DNA of 64,000 nucleotides from Eledone cirrhosa (lineage: Eukaryota): assembly GCA_964016885.1 (NCBI GenBank), contig OZ024743.1, positions 278,938,001-279,002,000 of the forward strand, read 5' to 3'. The notes beneath the pieces were generated by a model. It saw nothing but the letters and a program-made list of their open reading frames with translations, was not told the DNA's origin and made no database searches. Both the position numbers and the translations under genes were made by a program. Shown in pieces: positions 43,372 through 56,664 of this stretch (position 1 is the stretch's first letter; the number at the start of each line of letters is the position of its first letter).

Positions 43372-45432
43372 ATGTTCAATGACTGCTTGGTGTCGGGTGA
43401 GGTGCCAGAGTGGTTGACAAAAGGTACCACAGTTCTGATAATGAAAGACCGAATCAAGGGTAATGATGTTACCAACTATAGACCTATCACATGTCTGCCC
43501 GTAATGTGGAAACTGTTGACGAGCATTGTGTCTGAGGAAATCTACCATCACCTCCACACAAACAACTTGTTGCCGGACGAACAGAAAGGATGCCGAAAGA
43601 AGTCACGTGGTACAAAGGACCAGTTGCTTATTGATAAGATGGTAATGGGGAATTGCAGGAGGAGACACACTGATCTTGCCATGGGATGGATAGACTACAG
43701 AAAGGCATTTGACATGGTGCCTCATTCCTGGATCACCAAAAGCCTGGAGATCTTCAGGGTGGCAGATAACATCAGACAGTTGCTGGGCAGGAGTATGGGG
43801 TCCTGGGAGACAGAGTTGACATCAACTGGAGTATCCTTGGGAAGCGTGAAGATCAAGAGAGGTATCTTCCAGGGAGATAGCCTGTCCCCTCTGTTGTTTG
43901 TCCTTGCCCTGATGCCCTTGACCATTATGCTGCGAAAAGTGAGAGCAGGATACAAGTTGGGAAGGGGAGAGCTTACCATCAATCACCTCCTCTTCATGGA
44001 CGATCTTAAGCTCTTCGGGAAAAGTGAGAAGGAGTTGGATGTGCTTGTTGACACTGTCCGTATTTTCAGCAGTGATATATGTATGCAGTTTGGTATTGGT
44101 AAATGTGGAGTCATTGTGATGAGGAGGGGTAGGTTGAGCAGAAGTAACGGGATCCAGATACCAACAGGTGAGATGATAAAGGAAATTGACTCTGAGGAAG
44201 GATACAAGTATTTGGGCGTTCTGGAGGCTGATGGCATAAAGAACAAAAAAATGAAGGAATTGTTAAGAACTGAATACATTCGGAGAGTAAGGAGCGTATT
44301 GAAGTCACATCTGAACAGCAGAAATGCCATAAGCGCAGTAAATTCCCGAGCTGTGTCTATTATTAGGTACAGTGCGGGAATTCTGAGATGGAATGTTGCT
44401 GAACAAAAAGAAATGGATAGGAAGACCAGGAAGCTATTGACTATCTACAACATGTTCCACAAGAGGAGTGATGTCGATAGACTCTACCTAAGGAGATCTG
44501 AGGGTGGAAGAGGTCTTATCAGCATAGAGGACTGTGTTCAGATGGAGAAAAACAACCTATACAAATACGTGACCTATAGTAAGGAGCCAATGCTCAGAGC
44601 TGTACTGAAGGAGGGGACAGTAGGCCAGGGGATACCCAAGGAGGAAATAACATCAAGGAGGAAGAGCAGCCTTAAGGGAAAATCCCTTCATAGTACCTTC
44701 TTTGAGAAAACTGAATTTAGAGATCCACAGACATGGAACTGGTTGAGAAGAGGAGACCTCAAAAAGGCTACAGAAGGAATGCTAATGGCTGCGCAGGAGC
44801 AGGCCCTCAAAACGAAGTGGTTGAAGCACCATATCTACAAGGAGGAGGCTAGCCCACTGTGCAGGATCTGTGGAGAGAGAGAGGAGACTGTGGCTCACAT
44901 TGTGTCCGAGTGTAAACACCTAGCCCAGACCCACTATAAGGGCTGGAGACACGATGTGATGGGCAGGGTGATCCACTGGCACCTGTGCAAAGTAAACAAT
45001 CTACCACATTCTGAGAAATGGTATGAGCATAGGCCAGAGGCGGTGATGGAGAACAGTCAGGTGAAGGTGCTGTGGGATTTTAGGATACAGACGGACAAAA
45101 AACTGGAACACAATAGACCTGACCTGGTGGTTGTGGACAAAGAAAAAAGATCGTGCCTGATTGTGGATGTGGCCTGCCCGTTCGACACGAGAGTGCAAGA
45201 GAAGGAGAGGGAGAAAATTAACCGATACCAGGACCTAAAGTGGGAGGTGAAAAGGATTTGGAACTGCCATGAAGTCAAAGTGATCCCGATTGTCATAGGC
45301 GCACTGGGGACTATCTCCAAAGGTTTCCAGGGATGGTTAAAGAAAATCGGCCCCTTCACGCTTTTTGGAACGCTTCAAAAGGCATGCTTGCTTGGAACGG
45401 CAAGAACCCTCCGATACGTCCTGAATATCTGA
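43372..45432 (+). CDS. 5'-truncated R4/Dong-clade non-LTR retrotransposon ORF (RT, CCHC, restriction-like endonuclease)
   Basis: Uninterrupted 686 aa: YRPITCL, WIDYRKAFD, GIFQGDSLSP, FMDDLK, EGGRGL, CRIC..ETVAHIVSEC, RHD, RPDLVVVD..DVACPFD..EK..RY. (TAA)n at both ends (43265-43323, ~45510-45540). Confidence 0.93.
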   Translation: MFNDCLVSGEVPEWLTKGTTVLIMKDRIKGNDVTNYRPITCLPVMWKLLTSIVSEEIYHHLHTNNLLPDEQKGCRKKSRGTKDQLLIDKMVMGNCRRRHTDLAMGWIDYRKAFDMVPHSWITKSLEIFRVADNIRQLLGRSMGSWETELTSTGVSLGSVKIKRGIFQGDSLSPLLFVLALMPLTIMLRKVRAGYKLGRGELTINHLLFMDDLKLFGKSEKELDVLVDTVRIFSSDICMQFGIGKCGVIVMRRGRLSRSNGIQIPTGEMIKEIDSEEGYKYLGVLEADGIKNKKMKELLRTEYIRRVRSVLKSHLNSRNAISAVNSRAVSIIRYSAGILRWNVAEQKEMDRKTRKLLTIYNMFHKRSDVDRLYLRRSEGGRGLISIEDCVQMEKNNLYKYVTYSKEPMLRAVLKEGTVGQGIPKEEITSRRKSSLKGKSLHSTFFEKTEFRDPQTWNWLRRGDLKKATEGMLMAAQEQALKTKWLKHHIYKEEASPLCRICGEREETVAHIVSECKHLAQTHYKGWRHDVMGRVIHWHLCKVNNLPHSEKWYEHRPEAVMENSQVKVLWDFRIQTDKKLEHNRPDLVVVDKEKRSCLIVDVACPFDTRVQEKEREKINRYQDLKWEVKRIWNCHEVKVIPIVIGALGTISKGFQGWLKKIGPFTLFGTLQKACLLGTARTLRYVLNI

Positions 45433-45539
45433 GGCTGCAGGTAGTGGCTTGATATTCAATCCAACGGACTTTCCAGTTAACCAACATCAATGACTGAGAT
45501 TCAAGGAATAACAATAACAATAATAATAATAATAATAGT

Positions 45540-45842
45540 ACACTATTAATAATTATTAATGCACTCGTGCAATGCCTGTGCGTGACGAATATTTTTAAAG
45601 TGAGGAAAGACTGTGCACTGAGCCAATCCCACTCTCTGAGCGACAGTAGCTATAACCCGAAAAGAAGAAAAGATCAACATCATCGGTAACTACTGAGCCG
45701 CAGGTTTTATATCGGAGTTAACCCAGTTTCCTGAGATGCCTTCTCCTAGAAGAATGCCCTGACAAGGGCTAGGGGTTCTTCACTCCCAATGGTTTAACTG
45801 CGCGATCGGGCATCCAGCCCGATTATTTCTATGTCCCCGCGC
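45540..45842 (-). mobile_element. Second part of the family-B element split by the LINE cluster
   Basis: Matches ~31710-32010; the missing end is at 32675-32712. Confidence 0.75.
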
Positions 45843-46099
45843 AAAAAAAAAAACAAAAAAACTCACTTATTGACACTTATACGTACGACATACACACACA
45901 CGCATACATATGCGCGCGCACAGCAACACATAAATACAAACAAACACACACACACACACTACTCTACTCACTTACACGGACACACACACACATATATATA
46001 TATTACCGTCATTACTGATACAAGATTACAAGATTATGTCAACTGTTGACTTTCAAGAGTTTGTATAGTTGAAGACGATCGTATTACAGTCCAGTATTA

Positions 46100-46255
46100 T
46101 TACAATTGCTTTACAGCATAGAGTTATGGCTCCCCACGCTCTGAGCTCAAATCCCGCCGAGATCAACCTTGCCCTTCATCCCCACGGAGTCAACAAAAGA
46201 GAGTACCAGTGATGCGCTGAGCCAGTCGCTGGATCCGTGCCAAAAGCAGAAAAAT
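46100..46255 (+). mobile_element. Degenerate Deu/Nin-type SINE
   Basis: CTGAGCTCAAATCCCGCCGAGATCAACCTTGCCCTTCATCC...GTACCAG...GTGCCAAAAGCAGAA. Confidence 0.65.
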
Positions 46256-47104
46256 TATTATTAAAGTTGTTTTCTTAAGGCCCGGTCGCTGGTGATGGTG
46301 ATGGCGGCGGCGGTGGCGGTGGTGGTGGCAGTTGATGTTGTTGTTGTTATGTTGTGTGCGCGCGCGTGTGTGTGTGTTTTGTTATTTTGAGTTCTTTTGT
46401 TTTTTTTTCTTCTCTTTTCTTTTCTTTTCTTTTCCCTTCCTTTTTTTATGTTTTGATGCCGCTGTTGTTGTTGTTGTTGTAAATGTTCATTTCAGTTCAT
46501 TCTGAAGCTGTTGTTGCTGTAAACATTAGTGCCGGTGTTGTTGTTGTTGTTGTAGATGTTGGGGTTGAAATCTGGTCGTTTGACTGAGTGATGTATATAC
46601 ACACATATACACACACACACATATATATATATATACACATTCAACAGAGAGTAGAGAGTTTGACAACAAGTCGATGACTTTAGTCTAGATAGGGTATGGT
46701 ATGGTAATGACATGTGATGGTGGGGAAAGAGTGTAGACGTTATTGTGGTGGTGGGGATAGTGAGATGTATCTAGTTCATTTGACCGTTTTCTTCTCTTTG
46801 CAAAATTTGAATTTTAGCCATGTTATATTGAGATGTAAGTAAATGTAAAATGTAAGATATAAATAAGGATTGTTCTGCTAAAATATACTAAAATATTTGT
46901 GTAACTTCCACAAACTTCTGTCGTGACATTCCCGAGTCCAGTGACCAAAAAGTTATTGTATTTTGATGTTTCAGAATACAAAAATTAATTAAAAACTTAC
47001 CCCACGAAAAGACAGCGTGTGTTGTCCTATCTATAAGCTCCCCCATACCACATACATACATACATACATACATACATACATACATACATACATACATACA
47101 TACA

Positions 47105-47135
<31 letters not shown>

Positions 47136-47363
47136 TGCAGTCTGTAACAACAAATTGTTCTGTCAGGCAGGTGCAATGAACAAAAACAAAAAGAAAAAAA
47201 AAGAATTAGAAAACAAAAAAAAGGTAGTGAAATAATTAGACGTAAAAACTCGTAAAAAATCAGAGAAACCATACAAAAGAAATCATTACTTATGATGAGA
47301 AAGAAGTCAGGTAATTTTTTAACAAACGTGGAAAAAACACACACACTCACTCACGCACACATA

Positions 47364-47401
<38 letters not shown>

Positions 47402-47411
47402 TATATATATA

Positions 47412-47494
<83 letters not shown>

Positions 47495-47496
<2 letters not shown>

Positions 47497-47798
47497 CTTG
47501 TAAGGTTGCTTAGATGCGTCCATAGGCGGTATGCCGGTTGGGCACTCTATGCTCCTTCAGAGCAGAGTATAATATTATAGAAAACGAAGAATCAGTGATG
47601 CATCGAAACACAATGTATTAACCTATTACAAATGTTTCTCCGGCGAACACCTCGAGGTACGATCTACTTGTGGATCGAACCTGACTCTAGATTCGCAAGT
47701 TCCTCAGACACGTCTAGCCACAAATCTTCACAGGAGAAACACTTGTAATACGTTAATAAATTGTGTTTCAATGAATCACTGATTCTTCGTTTTCTATA

Positions 47799-47801
<3 letters not shown>
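47495..47801 (-). mobile_element. Fold-back cassette, diverged homolog of 20460-20831
   Basis: Shared tail GCGGTATGCCGGTTG..CACTCTATGCTC; imperfect arms 47573-47647 / 47727-47801; flanked by (TA)n and (CA)n. Confidence 0.75.
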
Positions 47802-47879
<78 letters not shown>

Positions 47880-48130
47880 TAGCCGTAGTGTCTAGCAACG
47901 ATAGTTGCTAGACGCTACGGCTTAATACGGGATGTTTGTTTACAAACACACCGAGCATAATAATAAATGTTCGGTGAATCCATACGTGCATATATATATG
48001 TGTGCATGTATGTATATATATATACATACTACTGTACGTCTGTATACATATATGTATGTACGTGTACGTACTTATATTTAAGTAACAGCCGTACTAAGTG
48101 TGGGAAATGAAATTTGGTTTCATTTTTTCC

Positions 48131-48181
<51 letters not shown>

Positions 48182-48284
48182 TAGTGAGAGAAATTGAGTG
48201 GGAGAGAGATAGATAGCATATGGTTAAATCGATATGCATGTCAGTATGTATATTCTTCTGGTTTTATAATTTTATGAATGTTTA

Positions 48285-48352
48285 CCAAGAGAGAGTCGGT
48301 TTATAAATAGATACAAGACTCTTTCATTGGAATTTTGACATCATCAGCTAGG
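48285..48352 (-). ncRNA. Isolated hammerhead-like motif
   Basis: CCTAG-CTGATGA-(weak stem II)-GAAA-GAGTC..GACTC-TC-TCTTGG. Core and stem III intact; stems I and II imperfect. Confidence 0.5.
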
Positions 48353-48892
48353 TAGATATGTAGGCATATCTGCATGCATGCGTTTGTGTATGCAAGTATG
48401 AATGTTATTTTATTTGTGTATATGAATGTTTTGAGTTATATGTGTGGATATGTATGTGCTTTGTATCTGTATATGTGTACATGCAGTTATTACATGTAGA
48501 ATGTTTGGAATGTTTTACAGATATTTACTGTTCCATTAATGGTTTGTACTTGTAATTGCCTAACTAGTCGTGTTCTCTCTGGTTCTGTAAAGCCCAGCTT
48601 CTCAAGATTTGTCACATTCTGTTTCCCGCTGAATCTCCAAGAGAACTACGTTAAGTGTACGCATTTCTGTGAAATGCTCAGCCACTTGTCACGAGCAAGT
48701 TGTTCCGTTGATCGAATCAACTGGAACACTTGTCATCGTAACCTGGGAGTGCCTGTATGTATGTATGCATGTATGTATGTATGTATGTATGTATGTATGT
48801 ATGTATGTATGTATGTATGTATGTATGTATGTATGTATGTATGCATGTATGCATGTATGTATGTATGTATGTATGTATGTATGTATATTTTA

Positions 48893-49502
48893 TGTCAGGT
48901 CACCAGTTGTTGCTACTGTGTAACATGTATCCCAGTACAACCTGTCTCATGGTCGGGTCGTTGGCGACTAAACTGGCAACCCCACCAAGGTTTCTTGGTG
49001 AGGAGGGTGACTTTGGACATCCTGCAGGACTAAAAACAAAACCTGTCAAAGGGCAAAGGAGCTCTTAAGAGTCAATGGCCATCCAAAATCACCGGGAGTG
49101 ATGACCCCTTAGCCTTTGTCAAGGCAGAATTCTAGGAGAAGGAAAACTCTAATATAACACCTGCAACCCTGATGGTATCCAATTATGTTGACTTGTTCTT
49201 CATTTTGGTAAATATCATCTTGGTTAAGAGAGTGGGACTGGCTTTGTGCAGTGCCTTTGCTCACTATAAAAGCTGCACGGCACAGAAATTGCTTTATATC
49301 TGGAGATCTCTCTGCACTTGTCGTCACATGGTACCATGGGCCCAGCACTGTGTCAATAATTGTCACAAGTGTAGTGTTTGTACCAGAGTTTTCAAGTCGC
49401 TGGCTGGACTAAAAAGTCACACTCGTTCAGCGTATCGGTAGGGGTTCTCCTACATGGATATAAAGTAGTGGCCGTACTCGAAAACGAGTTGGTAGCCACC
49501 AT
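48893..49502 (+). mobile_element. Full short RTE-derived element, family A
   Basis: 5' UTR-like part joined to an RTE C-terminal C2H2 remnant and 3' hairpin GGCCGTACTCGAAAACGAGTTGGTAGCC; set in (TATG)n. Confidence 0.85.
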
Positions 49503-49700
49503 ATATGTATATGTATATATGTATATATGTATATATGTATGTGTGTGTATGTATGTATGTATGTTCAGATCGAGTGAACGTGGTAGTTTACAAGTGAAGA
49601 AAAACCTAACAATATAATAGTGTAAATACATGTATTTGTTCATCATTTTTCTAAATGTTACCATGACTCTGTATTATGTCTGTTTATCTGTCTGTCTGCC

Positions 49701-49735
<35 letters not shown>

Positions 49736-49788
49736 ATATATATATATATATGTACGTATGTACATATGTAGGTATGTACGTACGTATG

Positions 49789-49819
<31 letters not shown>

Positions 49820-51522
49820 GTATGTATGTATGTATGTACGTATATATATATATATAGGCTGGTAAGTAGAAGGAACAGGGAAGAAGGACACAAAACACTG
49901 AAGTTGCTATAAAAGGAAGATTGCAGGCAAGAATCGAAAAATTAGTCCCAATTTTGAGCGAATGGAAGAAGAACACTGAATATAAAAATGTAATAGAACA
50001 TACGGAAGTCTAATGGTGAAGGAACCAAAAAGAAAAGAATATATATAAAAGACATGAGTGTGAAAGGAAAAAAGAGCAAAAAAATGTGAAAAATATACAA
50101 AAGAGAAAGAAAAAGAAATATAAGAGAGAGGCGGGTGAGGGAAAGAATTAAACTACAAATACAAACAAGAGAACTATAAATATATATAAGATGACGATTG
50201 AAAGTGTTATTTTTTAAATTATGGTGTGATTATATTTATATGTACAGAATTTTACAACAATGAATGTAGATTTTTAAAAGAATTCAAATAAGAGATAGGA
50301 AGAAAGAAAGCATAGAAAAAATGTGGAACTAGGGGGTAATCTCTACACGCTGCACCCCGCTGCACCCCGCGGACAAGGTGGCGAGAGCATTGCCTCAGCA
50401 AACAGCCAGCAAAGACCACTGCATGAGTCATTCCACCTCTCGGGGTTCACTCCTCATGTGATATATATTCCTCTTGATTAAGGAGTAGAAAACGTTTGTC
50501 CAGGAACCGAAGTCTTTGGCGGTATTGACGGCAACCGATACGAAAAAGAAGTGGTCAGTGAAATCCCAGTAATTTGATTATCCTCTGTTTCTCTGCAATA
50601 CGGGTGGCAGTGGCCGAAGCGAAAAGGCTGGGACAATAGCTATTCCAACGCATCTCCTTTACCATCCTCCGGGGAAACGCCTTCTCCATTCTGTCCGCTG
50701 GGGCTGTGGGGCGGCCAGCACGTGGGACCCCATTTGCTCACCATACAGAGAGATGGGGAGGGCGAGAGAGATAGGGTATCAACTGATTACAGCAGTATCT
50801 CATTTTCTTTTATTTCTCGCTATTATTATAGTTGGTTTTATCCGGTGGTCCAGTCTGTTTTATAGTACTGGAGTTTGTGGCCGACGACATGTATTTCATT
50901 CTGTGGTGTTTCTTTCATCCCATACGCATCAAACCAGCAGGCAGAGGGAACGTGTTGTAGTATGTGAGGTTTAAGATTTATGATTTACTCTTGACGAATG
51001 CGAAAATGGATACTTTGCTTCAGCAGGCTCCATTTGTTAGAAAGAAACTATATCCACTGAAATCTAGTAGAAATAGAGGTGAAATAGAGAGAAGGTGATA
51101 GGGAGAAGAAGAGAACAAGAAACAGTTTTTTCCCTTCTACTGATTGTTTGCTTGTCCGTGCGTCCATCATCAAGTTAACCTGCCAGCTAGCATGCTAATC
51201 AGCCATAGAGTCAGTCATCCAGCTGGCCAGTCGTTTACCAGCTTGACCATTATTAAACCGAACACACTGACACAACGTGACATGGGACGACATACTGACC
51301 GACTGACCGACCAAGCAATGATGGCGACCAATTACAACACTCAAATCACCAGAGATTACACACTATAGATATGAAATTACACCAGACGGAAATGGGGGAA
51401 AAAAAACACACCCGCCGGCCGATTACCCAATATCTATTCATTGAGACACAAAACACCACCACAACACACACACACACACACACATCTCTCTCTCTTGCTC
51501 TTATCTCATTTACACACAAAGT

Positions 51523-51574
<52 letters not shown>

Positions 51575-51682
51575 AATAACATTAAGAAAGATTCTGTGTG
51601 GTGTGTATGTGTATATATATATATATATATAAGTTTACATATATATATATACATATATATATATACATATATATACATATAC

Positions 51683-52198
51683 GTGTTTTGCAACTGGTCA
51701 CTTTGTGGCTCAATAAAAAATTAATAAATTAAATAATCAGAGTTATATATCATAAAACATGTCTATAGAATCACAAGATAAAATATATACTATTTCCTCT
51801 CCCAATTAGCATAATTAACCATATAAAAAATCGAATAGACCAGGCTATAAGAATGAGGCTTCTATGAAGAAATCTCCGACAAATAACCAAAACTAGCCCT
51901 TCGCGTCGGCCGTAGCAGAATATTTATCGAATATTTCGACAGCGTAATCGCCCATATATAGTCAACTAAACAGAATTAGGTTTAGTTGACTATATCTGGG
52001 CGATTACGCTGTCGAAATATTCGATAAATATTCTGCTACGGCCGACGCGAAGGGCTAGTTTTGGTTATTTGTCGGAGATTTCTTCATAGAAGCCTCATTC
52101 TTATAGCCTGGTCTATTCGATTTTTTATATGGTTAATTATGCTAATTGGGAGAGGAAATAGTATATATTTTATCTTGTGATTCTATAGACATGTTTTA

Positions 52199-52200
<2 letters not shown>
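51683..52200 (-). mobile_element. Fold-back cassette in (TA)n
   Basis: 221-bp arms 51751-51971 / 51980-52200 (1 mismatch, 8-bp spacer) plus a ~65-bp tail on the left. Confidence 0.85.
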
Positions 52201-52246
<46 letters not shown>

Positions 52247-53457
52247 ATTTCTGTTTACCTTTATATATATATATACCTATATACATATGGACGTGTGTCA
52301 GTGTGTATGTATGTTTAAATATACGCACACAGCCTCGGAGCACATTTTTGCAGATATACACATAGACACATATTCTCATCATCTCCACCACTATAACTAT
52401 TTCCACAACAATCACCACCAACACTAACAACCACACGCCGAGCACGACCATGTCACCCTTCCATTTTTTTTATTTTCTCTCTGGCTAACGCACCATCTTT
52501 GACAATATCATTCCTCACCCTCTGTATCATTCTGTTAATGACACTTATTCTCCCTCCCTATCTCTCATATGTTATCTATATATCTTCCTTTCTTTCTTTT
52601 TCTCTTTATATAGTGTCAAATTTCTTCTCTCTTTTCTCATTCCATCTACTGACTTTTCTTTCAATTTCTTTTTCAATTTTTCTCCATCTGACACCCTCCA
52701 CCCTCACTCATCCGCACACTACCCTTCATCTCTCTTGTTCTCGTTATTTCACCATCTCTTCTTTCTCTCTCCTTCTCTAACAATATTTTTTCTTTCTGTT
52801 TCACCCTTAGCATATCCTCCCACTACATCTTTTCCCCCATCTTTATCTGTCTGTGTCTATCTGTCATGCCTTTTCTTTGCCGCCTCTTTCTCTAATATGG
52901 AATTACAGATTATTCAAGGAACACTTCAAACTCCACGCCCCAATACTCTTCATGTATACGCACCTATTCCTTCTCAAACTCCTACTTCACTTGACCACAT
53001 ACTTATCAGTACCACCACTGCCAACCAAACCAATACTACCATGACAACCACTATGATCTTCATCACTATCACCAGAGCAACCACATTCAACAGCCATACG
53101 ATCGGCATTAGCATCGTCACCACCAGACATCATTCTCATATTTCTCTCCTCAAACGTACACTTGGTTTTCTTTCTCTCACTTTCTCTCCCCCATTTGTTT
53201 TATAGATTTTTTTGTCTTTCCCACTTTGTGCATTGCTCTGAAATATATCTTTTACATCACCATAAACACAACATTGTCTCTTTGGTAACATACACACATA
53301 CATATATACACACGTGCATACATACACAATACATACATACATAATACATACATAAATACATACATACATAATACATACATACATAAATACATACATACAT
53401 AATACATACATACATAATACATACATACAAAATACATACATACATAATACATACATA

Positions 53458-53641
53458 CGAGGGGATGCTGAAAGGTTCCTGGCTTTAAGGGTATCGCGAA
53501 AGGATAGAGCTGTTACATTTACAATGGAGGTAGGACCACTGCAATAAGTGTGGGAATCTGAGAGGGGAAAATGTTGAATAAACTCATAATTAGCTGATAC
53601 TCCTGTATTTTCTTTTACCGAAAGCCAGGAACTCTTCAACC
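53458..53641. mobile_element. Mariner-type MITE
   Basis: TA then CGAGGGGATGCTGAAAGGTTCCTGGCTTT; partial inverted end AAAGCCAGGAACTCTTCAAC at 53621-53640. Confidence 0.6.
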
Positions 53642-54420
53642 TGTATCTCTCGCCCATAAATTCACCAAGTTTAAGCTTACAGATTTCATGTGCTTGGCTC
53701 TTCCTATCTTTCCGTTGCCATACCATCGTTATTTGTTTACATGTCTCGCTCGTTTCACCATATTTTATTTGTGCCAATAACTTTATTTGTTACTGCTCGC
53801 ACCAACTAAAGGTATATTATTTTTAAAGCGATGAAATACCAATGAAAGTTGGAAGATCACTGATGAAGGAGTAATTTTATTCATATGTAACCCATGTGCA
53901 ACCACGCAGCACTCCATTTTTCTCATATTTATATTTTTTCCTCAGCTGCGATTGTCTGTTTCTTTCTTACTCTCTCTCCTCTTTTTACCCCCTCTGCCAG
54001 TCACACTCTCTCTCTGCTTGTCTCTTCCTCACACTACCACTCACTCACTCTCTGCTTCTCCTCCTCTCTCACTTCCTCCCGTTTGACCTGTGTGAAATCC
54101 TTTTCTCGCTCACATCTCACCCATGTCGGATGGTCTGTATCTCTCGCCCATCAATTCACCAAGCTTAAGCTTACAGATTTCATGTGCTTGTCTCTTCCTA
54201 TCTTTCCGTTGCCATACCATCGTTGTTTGTTTACATGTCTCGCTCGTTTCACCCTATTTTACTTGTCCCAATAACTTTATTTGTTACTGCTCGCACCAAC
54301 TAGAGGTATATGATTTTAAAGTGATGAAATACCAATGAAAGTTGGAAGATGAAGGACTCATTTTATTCATATGTAACCCATGTGGAACCACGCAGCGCTC
54401 CATTTTTTTCATAATTATAC
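53641..54420. repeat. ~290-bp direct repeat pair
   Basis: 53641-~53930 and 54135-~54420 both begin CTGTATCTCTCGCCCAT.AATTCACCAAG.TTAAGCTTACAG. Confidence 0.85.
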
Positions 54421-54437
54421 ACATATACATATACTTA

Positions 54438-56171
<1,734 letters not shown>

Positions 56172-56179
56172 TACATATG

Positions 56180-56269
<90 letters not shown>

Positions 56270-56271
<2 letters not shown>

Positions 56272-56455
56272 GGCGTGGAAACGGCTTGAGCTCTGCCGTC
56301 GGGGTCTTGAACATTTTCCTATATATATATATATAGGAAAAGAGTCAGGAACTCGACGGCTGAGATCCGGCCGTTTCGACAGCTAGATCCGAATTATTGA
56401 GTACTCTGATGCGCTATTCTCCACCTTGTATCTTAACACATCCTCTTTGTTATAT
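56270..56455. mobile_element. Small fold-back pair around a central (TA)n, with hammerhead 3' halves
   Basis: GAAA-CGGC..GCCG-TC on the plus strand at 56278-56300 and on the minus strand at ~56354-56377. Confidence 0.5.
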
Positions 56456-56502
56456 ATATATCATCCCACCCATCCCCTCAATCTATCTTATTTCTCAATC
56501 TT

Positions 56503-56538
56503 TCTTCTGATAAAGGATTAGCGTCCGAAACGTTAAGA
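56503..56538 (+). ncRNA. Minimal Penelope-type hammerhead (core variant CTGATAA)
   Basis: TCTT-CTGATAA-A-GGA(TTAGCG)TCC-GAAA-CG-TT-AAGA with palindromic AACGTT stem III. Confidence 0.55.
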
Positions 56539-56623
56539 CCCTCTTCCAGCTACATCAAGCGTTAACCTAATACATCCCTTCCATATACTGTACCGATTGT
56601 GCTGTCATTTCTGTTTACCTTTT

Positions 56624-56664
<41 letters not shown>

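Noticed and set aside
53136-53777. 213-aa minus-strand ORF
   Set aside because: Chimera running through a direct repeat, a MITE and (TATG)n; no domain motifs.
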